A stretch of 64,000 nucleotides of DNA from assembly GCA_001642005.1 (NCBI GenBank), contig LWCA01000030.1, positions 8,607 through 72,606 of the forward strand, read 5' to 3'. The position numbers and the translations under genes were made by a program. Below, in pieces: positions 56,122 to 64,000 of the stretch. Below the pieces are notes generated by a model. The model was not told the origin of the DNA and did not search any database. It saw only the letters and a program-made list of their open reading frames with translations. Position 1 is the first letter of the stretch; every line of letters starts with the position of its first letter. The stretch comes from Intoshia linei. Its lineage: Eukaryota > Animalia > Orthonectida.

Positions 56122-56514
56122 CAGTGGTTCTCAATTTTTTATAGCTTGCCAGTCGCGACCCCGTCCCTTATTACAAAAAATTTAATTTTTTTTATATCTA
56201 AACTATTAAATTTTTATAATTTTATTGATCAATTTATGTATTATAAAATTTTTAAGCTACTGCACCAAACTTTTCCAAGCAGCTTTCGCATTTTTGTTAT
56301 AGAAAACTTTATACTCGCTTTAAATATTTATTTTCTTTTGATGAAAATCTAATATTGAGTTTACCAAATAATATACAAATGGAACTTATTGCATTTAAAA
56401 CGAATTCATTATTGAAATTGAATTTTCGTAAATCCATTACATGTATTGTCGAACATTTAAAAAAAATTTACGCGTTTCTGAGACTGCATGGTATGCAAAA
56501 GGTTGGTCACCCTG
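56122..56514. mobile_element. hAT MITE
   Basis: cagtggttctcaa ... ggttggtcaccctg with NNNTANNN flanks. Confidence 0.55.
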
Positions 56515-56826
56515 ATCTACATTTTACAATGTAATTTAAAATATTTGCATTTAACGTTTACGAAATGTATCTTAGTGATATCTTCAATAGAAAATTACAA
56601 ACACCGATACAACTTTTATCTGTATAAAAACTTTAAAGTAGTATTGGTTGCGAAACTGAAATATTTAATGTATTTTTGTTTATGGGTAACGGAACAGCGA
56701 AAAGTTTGGAAATCTTTTTTAGATGAATCAATCATAAAAAATTTTTCGACCATCAAAAATTTGTAGTCTTGGCAAATTACTTCAAACAAAAAAATTTTAT
56801 TGTTCAATATGATTTCAAATCCAGGT

Positions 56827-58914
56827 ATGTCTGAAATTGATCAAAAGGATGTTTTAAAAAAATGCAAAATCAATGCAAATGCTGTCAAGAGGTATTTATG
56901 TTTCTAACTCTAAATGTAACATGAAAATTATGGAGTGATGTGTGTTGATATTCATTAATCATAATCGATTCGAATGTCATTTACAATTTTTTTTGTTCAA
57001 TTAATAACTTAAATATTAGGTCAATACCACTAAATTTTAGTGACTAAACGATTCAGTTAATACCATCATGACATGGATATCGCGATATGGTTATTATCTA
57101 TGTTGTATTGGGTTCGGTATTAGATTATAGAATCTAGATTCTATTTTTGGACAACTTTTTATTTTAATGTAAATTTGTAGAGACTATTTAATGTATTAAT
57201 ATGTGTAATCATTGACGAAACGTTTACAATTTTCTTAATAATTTTTGAATGAACGTATATGTTTGATGATATTCAAGAGATGAATCAATTGTTAATTATT
57301 TATAGTCGATATTTCCTCTTTTGACCCGTGCAAAATATGTAAAGTATTTTTAGGTGCTGTGTGGGCGTTTAAACTTTGCGCCGTGACTAATTAAATATAA
57401 TTAGATTAATGAAAGAATATGTTTTTTATAAAGAAAATAACGCTAAATTGCAACAAGTGGTTGAAAAAATGACTGTAGATAAAAAAGACCAACATGATAT
57501 TAAAAAACAGGTATTTTTTTAAAATAGTGATTAATTTATATATACTGTATAATATACATGCGGTATAGAACGTACGTCTTTGTCAACGGTTTAACCTTCA
57601 TATAAAATTAACTTATTCTAATGTATTATGTATGTATTGAAAATTATGATGTTTTATAATATAATTTATCTTAGCAAGAAGTGTTATTAGAAAATGAAAA
57701 AATGTTACCAGACACTTTGGTGCGCTTCCAAAATTACGTCGAATTGTTGACATCCTCTATGGTTATTTTTTAAATTTTAATATAATCTGGATAGGACTCG
57801 GTGCGTTAATTAACCGTACATTTTTATCTGTAATTATACGAAATTTACCAAAATATAATTCATATTTATCAAACATTGTATCTGTTGTAACAACTTATCG
57901 TTATTAGTGAGTTTGTAAATAGTATTAAAATACATTTGAAAATTTTATATAATGGCGTTAAAAACAATATATCGTATTCAATATTCAGCATTATTCTATT
58001 ATTGTCTCATATTAGTGGGTATTATATACATTTTTATTTAATAACTGAGTAGAGTCCACTATAATTCTGAAATAAGATTCGAACCGATTGACACCGATTT
58101 TTAACTTTGGTTTTCCAATTTTCATTAGAATGGCTTATTGCCTATTATTGCCATGTAATAATTTCAAAAAAGGTTAAAGCAGAATAGTCATAGGCTCAAC
58201 CTTCCATCGAATTAGTCATAATTTATTACTGATTACTGAAATTTGTACTAAATACCTGAACGGACTCAAATTTCATTAACCGCTGTAGTCACTTTAAATT
58301 TTGGACGTACTCATTAACTTTTCATTGACCATTACAGTTATATCGATGTCGATTTTGGTTATTGACATTTGTAAACAAGCATTAAGTGTCCCGGAAATTT
58401 TATATGCCCAGTTAAAAATTGAAAACTAGCTATACACCGTTCACACAGGGCCAGGTAAATCTAATTTTTTTTCTTAAATTAAGAAAGAATCTGATTGCAA
58501 TTCATACAACTCAAATTTATGTTTAATAGCATCAAAACCAGCAAATCTAGTTGTAAATCCCACATCAACATTTAATCATATATTTATTTTTTATTATTGC
58601 CTGTTTTACCAAATATATTACTAAACAATTTCGTAGCCCACTCTTTGGAGCGCCCTAATATATATTATTGATTAAAAATATTCAAATTTTTAACTATGGC
58701 CACCATATTCGTTCGTCAATAATTAATATTTTTTTGCGTCATGTACATTATTATGTATTGGTAATTATAATGAGCCAATATCTTTTGGTTTATTTTTTGT
58801 TATATTTATATATATATTTACACCTAGAAAAAAGTATCCGAAGAATCAAAAACAGGGGATATATACAAATTTTGTAATCAAGTTTTAGAAGAAGCAAATA
58901 CATATACATTTTAA
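56827..58914 (+). CDS. TBCA: Tubulin-specific chaperone A
   Basis: Four in-frame exons absent from the ORF track: MSEIDQKDVLKKCKINANAVKR|LMKEYVFYKE...HDIKKQ|QEVLLENEKMLPDTLVRF...|KKVSEESKTGDIYKFCNQVLEEANTYTF*. Confidence 0.85.
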
Positions 58915-58965
58915 AGTATATGGGATATATGGAATTAAATCATACAACTTCGAAAATTTTAAAAT

Positions 58966-59370
58966 ATCCTTACTTATATTATATGCTTTGTTTGTCTGTG
59001 TGTTATTGTTTACTTCAATAACTACCAGTCTTAGAATTTTATAAAGTTCACGTTTCTATTACAGTTTTTTCCGGGAGTGTTAGTAAGATAAATTTCAACC
59101 TCCCAAACTCAAAGCTTACGAGTCAAAAAGCCCAAATTTTCCTATTTTTTCAAAATCAAACGAGTTGGAGAATTTAAAAAAATATATACGCTAATACAGA
59201 TTTTAAAATCATAAACATTATCATAAATTTAAATTTAAAAAAAATTACAGGTGGTATAGTTGTATCCTGTTAACACACACACAAAATTTTCAATCTGAAT
59301 AAGTGACGCCTTCATGATCAAAAAAGCATTTTAGTTTTCATATATTTTTTTTCCGAAATATTTTAATAAA
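58966..59370. repeat. Internally deleted Helitron-like repeat copy
   Basis: Starts a|TCCttacttatatt and is collinear with 44632-45100. Confidence 0.8.
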
Positions 59371-59896
59371 TATCTCAACTATAATTATAGTGATATATAA
59401 TATAAATTATAATCTATAAGTAGTGATAATGAGAAACAATTTTCTAATTATAATTTTTGGCATTTTGGACTTAGCCCTATAATCAACATATGGAATATTC
59501 TGACCACTAAATTAAGATGCATAATTCCACGATGAAGGAATCTTGGTTCACGTTGATTAAAATTTGAGCAAATCCTAGAGCAGTGTTTCCCAACCTTTTA
59601 AGTGTCATGCCCCACTTTTATCTTTATGAAATTTCTACGTTCCACCATAATTTATAACACATATTTCCATATGGTGTCCTAACAGATTTTTTTATGTTTA
59701 TATATTACTGCACAACAAACTAGAGTAAAATTAAAATTTAATATACCTGAATATAACATACAATAAACCGAATTCAATTGTGATTTTTAAGTTTGATGTA
59801 AATATTTTCAGTTTATCTTGTTCAAAAATTATCATTGCTGTAACTTTACCCGGTAAAGTTTACCACTGTATTTCAATGGTAGTCATAAGTTATAAC

Positions 59897-61038
59897 TAAG
59901 GCAAGCAAAATTTAATTTTTGATATGTTAATTAGTTTCAAATTTCAAACATGGTGATACCAAAATTATTCATAATAATTGACTAATTAAAAAAATTTTAG
60001 GTTAATAAAGTTACAATTTTTCCTCATAAGATTCATATTTTATATGAAGTTAATAAAGTTATATTTTGAAATATTTAATTGTTACACATGCATTTTATTT
60101 AAAATTTTACTGATTACGATTTGTTATAACAGTAATATTTTGTTACTTTTTGTACTACTAATATTTAAGTATGCCAAAAAATCCAAAAATGAGAAATATT
60201 CTAAAACTTTATCCAATTGAATTTAAAATGATGGACAACAATTTATTTTGTTTAAGATGCAATTGCAATGTCTCGTTTGATAAATTACATTATGTACAGG
60301 TACATAGAGGTACATTAAAACACAAATCTTTAAATACTGTTATTTGTATACGAAAATACTTAAAAGTTAAGAATGATTTTGCATTGGAAGTGTTAAAAGC
60401 TTTTTTGTCAGCAGACATATATTATATAAATAAATTTGAATTAGTTAAAATAATTATTAATGATATACCAGGAAATGGTGTGATCATACAACGTGCAAGG
60501 AAGGCAGTATCTGTAGTTGGATTATATGATGAATTAATCCAACTCAATGGTTATAAGTCTATAATAGATGTGATTTAATTTGTAAAAGACTCATTTAACA
60601 TTAATAAAGCATTTGAAACATTACAAAATTTAAAATTTGTTCCAGATCCATGCTAAATATTCATTACATAGAAAAAAAGTTGAAAACCAATGACATTACA
60701 AATATAATGATGACTTTGGATAAATCTAAGCCCCCTTCACTGTACAGTAAATTAAGAAATGGACCATCAACATCTAATGGAATAGAGAGAAGTTTTAGTA
60801 TGTTGAATAAACTTTTAACAAGACAAAGAAATTTTGCACATGCCAATATAAAAAAATATTTAATATTGTACCATAATAAAGTATAAAATAATACTTTGTC
60901 TTATTTGTATGACTTTCCAAGTAATAGTCATTTATGTTAATCGATGAAGCATGAATTTAATTGAAAACAGTTTATAAATTTTATATATGTTAATAAAGTT
61001 ACAAATTTTTTTTTATAGGTTATAAAAAGTTTGCCCTA
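59897..61038 (+). mobile_element. Complete non-autonomous CGGBP1-like hAT element (internally deleted transposase)
   Basis: TIR taaggcaa / ttgcccta with perfect TSD gttataac. The N-terminal zinc finger (LFCLRCNCNV...HRGTLKH, AFLSADI) is joined directly to C-terminal PSTSNGIERSFSMLNKLL. Confidence 0.88.
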
Positions 61039-61189
61039 GTTATAACTTTAAAGTGAAATGTGATAAATTCCTGATATAAATGTGACGTGGTCAATGATCA
61101 TTAATCATCATTTTAATCAAAAACGCATGTAAAAATACCTCTAAAAATATATGTAAATTTTAATAAAAATTGAGCTTATCAATGAATTT

Positions 61190-61483
61190 CAGGACGGATA
61201 CAAGAGGCTAGTTAATGGGGTGCGAGCGAAGCGAGCAATATATTTAAATTTTTTTAGGGGCGTCTTTTTTAATATCAAAGCGTCTAGTTTGGTTTTAAAG
61301 CGTCTCTTTTAATTTCATTTAAAGGTTGTTATACAATAGTTTCCAAATTTGTATTTTTTCGCAAAAATAAAAAAATGATCAGCACAAAAAAAAAAGAAAT
61401 TAATTTTTCAGTTATTTTACAAAACATTAATTAACAATTTAGGGGATGCAACTGCACCTTCTGCACCCCTTGAATTCGACCTG
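61190..61483. mobile_element. hAT-like MITE
   Basis: caggacggatacaagagg ... ccccttgaattcgacctg, with an internal gcgagcgaagcgagc motif. Confidence 0.55.
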
Positions 61484-61512
61484 AATTTGTAACAATATAA
61501 ATCATTGATAAC

Positions 61513-61950
61513 TAGGGCAAATAAAAGTTAATTTTTTATGTTAATTAGTATGCAATTCTAAGCATGATCATACCAATATTATGTTTATTAATTAGCTAAT
61601 TAAAATTTTATAAAGTTAATCAATTCATTTTTTTGAAATTGAAAATAAACACTTCTATTTCATTCTAAAAGTTTCACTTTTACAGGAAAAATTTTAATCA
61701 TCACGAAATGAACAACATAATGAATTTAAAAGAACTGATAATTCACTTAGTGATAAATTGCAATTGCACTGTTTCCTATGAAAAAATGGACTTTATTAAA
61801 GTTCACAGAAACACAAAAAAACAGATTGCCAAACGATACTCCTCCTCTACCTAAATTTTTAAACATGTCTCACGATTTTACTGATCAAATTTTGGAGGCA
61901 TTTATATCTGCGGATATTCCACTCTATAAACTGAACAACTTAACAGCATA
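61513..61950 (+). mobile_element. 5' fragment of a second CGGBP1-like hAT element
   Basis: tagggcaa left end; degenerate NCNCTVSYEKMDFIKVHRN and EAFISADIPLYKLN. Confidence 0.75.
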
Positions 61951-62252
61951 AGTTTAACTTAACTTAACTGGATAGTTTAATTTTTTTCATTTAAATTAAT
62001 ATTTGGTATATTGAATATATCTGAATATTGAGTATGAAGGACATTCTTAAAGGTAAACAATAAAGAGTTATTTTTTTAGAAAAAAAAAATTTCAGTAAAT
62101 ATTTTGAATTTTCAAATGGTATGAAATAAAAACATAAAAAATACTTGGAAAAAATAAAAACTAATCGATTCAAGTTAACAAGATTCAAATTAGAGTTGTA
62201 TACACAAAAAATTTTTTAAAGTCACTAATAATTAAGGCGATTATTTTTTAAC

Positions 62253-64000
62253 TAGGGCAAATTTTGATATGTTCATAAACATCAAATCTCAATGATAATA
62301 ATTTTAGGTGTATTAATTGGCTAATTAAAATTTGATTAAGTTAATAAAGTTAAAAAATATTTGTCAAAAGTTAAATTTTATTTTTAAACATTAATTTTGT
62401 TTTGTTACTTTTATTTTACGCATGATTGTAGTAAATAAACTTACTATCAATTTTTATATCACTCACTAAAAGCAGTTTTTATTTATTCTTAACTTATTTT
62501 TATTGACAATACAAGTAATTTAGCAATGTTTTTAAGCATGCCAAAATATGCGAAATGTAAATATGAAAAAATTTACCCTAATGAATTTACTAAAAAAGAC
62601 GATAATTTATTTTGTATGAAATGTTACAATGTTACTTTTACAAAATTATATTTTGTTCAATTACACCGTAACTCAGCAAAACAAGAGTTTTATGGATATT
62701 GTCAGTATTGGAAGTTCAATTAAAACATCAAATGACTTTGCAACAGAAATGTCGGAAGCATTCCTATCTGCGGACATACCTCTAAAAAAATTAAATGATG
62801 TCAAGTTAAGAATAGTATTCAAAAAAAAGGAATAATTTTGCCATCTGAAACCAATTGCAGAAATAAAATTGATGCTTGGTATTTGAAAGAAATGGAGAAT
62901 AAAAAATTATTGTATTAATAAATCAATCTTTATCATTATGGACGAAACTTATTTAAATGGATATAAGTACGTTAGTACTATGATCGGAACATTAGAAAAA
63001 CCTCAGAATGTAATATATGATTGTAAAAATATTTCAAGTAATATGAACGGACAAATGGTCATTCATACTCTTGATGATACAATTAAAAATTTGGATCTAA
63101 ATCGTGAACAATTTTGCTTATTTTTAACTGATGCTGCACGGTAATTTAAATATAATTTATTTTTTCGATGTCTAGTGAGAAGTTAAAAATTGCTTTTAAA
63201 TAAATATTTATATAATTTCATTAGTGCTTCTCTCTAGATCGGATTTCTTAACCTTTTTTTAAATTTAGCACCCTTCTAAAAAATAAAAAAATGATACCTT
63301 AAAATCCAAAGTAAAAATCGTATTTGATTGACATTTTTAAAAACCACTGTATAAATATCGAACATAATCAATAAATGATAGAAATGAACATATAATCTGT
63401 ATTTAAAGTATAATATTTAAATTATATATTATTGCAGTTAACAAATATTTTTATCGAATATATAAAAGCAACAAAAAGATATTATAAAAAAAATATTTTA
63501 ATTTATGTAATAGTTTTTATAGCACCCGGTTAAGAATCTTTGCTCTAGATACTATTTTATGTACTTATTTTTTATATACTGTTTTTTTAGAAATAATACC
63601 TCACTAATCTTTCACTTAAAATTGAAGTATCCAAATATGTTTCACGTTACTTGTATAAGTCATTTAGCACACAATTGCTGCATGCGGTTGAGACAAAAAT
63701 ACGTACTTATTGATGAATTAATCACGAGGATCAAATTTCTTACTTTAAAAAATAAAGACATTCGAGGGTTATTCTATAGTATTGGATATCCACCTCACCC
63801 ATTATAACTAGATGGGGTAGCTGGTTTAAAGCTAGTGTCTATTATATGCATAATTTAAAAAATGTTAAAGATATAGTTGATGGTATCGATGGTGAGGGGG
63901 TTATTCTGCAAAGAGCAAAGAAAGCATTGTCAAATTCAAATTTGCATCATGAATTAATTGAATTAAGTGGCTATCAATCTTTAATTGATATTATTGATAG
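62253..64000 (+). mobile_element. Third CGGBP1-like hAT element with frameshifted, intron-containing transposase; runs off the window
   Basis: tagggcaa end. Motifs LFCMKC, AFLSADIPLKKL, MDET (first catalytic D), FLTDAAR|NNTSLIFHLKLKYPNMFHVTCISH (CxxH) and TRWGSW. Confidence 0.85.
63240..63542. mobile_element. hAT MITE nested in the transposase intron
   Basis: cggatttcttaacc ... ggttaagaatctttg with perfect TSD ctctagat; reverse-orientation relative of 11599-12028. Confidence 0.88.

Noticed and set aside
56815-56830. Possible trans-splice acceptor (tccag) just before the TBCA ATG
   Set aside because: It is a single instance, could equally be a donor or chance, and cannot be supported without transcripts.
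1-64000. CRISPR arrays, tRNA/rRNA genes, prokaryotic operons
   Set aside because: The DNA is eukaryotic and intron-rich; no regularly spaced repeats or recognisable structural RNA genes were seen.

Overview
This is very AT-rich, gene-dense animal genomic DNA with many 35-45 nt GT-AG introns. That architecture suggests a compacted invertebrate parasite genome such as an orthonectid (inference, not proven). Genes assembled by hand from exons, in order: the 3' part of CC2D2A/MKS6 (+); a WDR34/DYNC2I2-like dynein-2 chain (-); a neurotrophin/NGF-like cystine-knot gene only partly visible in the ORF track (-); a decaying beta-1-type nicotinic acetylcholine receptor pseudogene (-); a 10-exon orphan gene (+); a complete MDH2-family dehydrogenase (-); PLC-beta4/NorpA-like (-); hnRNP A/B-like (+); cytosolic HSP90 with upstream heat-shock elements (+); and TBCA (+). 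Introns and intergenic DNA are full of hAT, Tc1/pogo and Helitron-like elements and a Gypsy LTR remnant. The window ends in a cluster of three CGGBP1-like hAT elements. The best novelty candidate is the MDH2-type enzyme: it has no mitochondrial presequence and carries the LDH-diagnostic Gln in place of the malate-specifying Arg (GIAQKPG), so it may be an independently evolved cytosolic LDH or other 2-hydroxyacid dehydrogenase. The second candidate is the divergent neurotrophin-like protein with an altered cysteine pattern.
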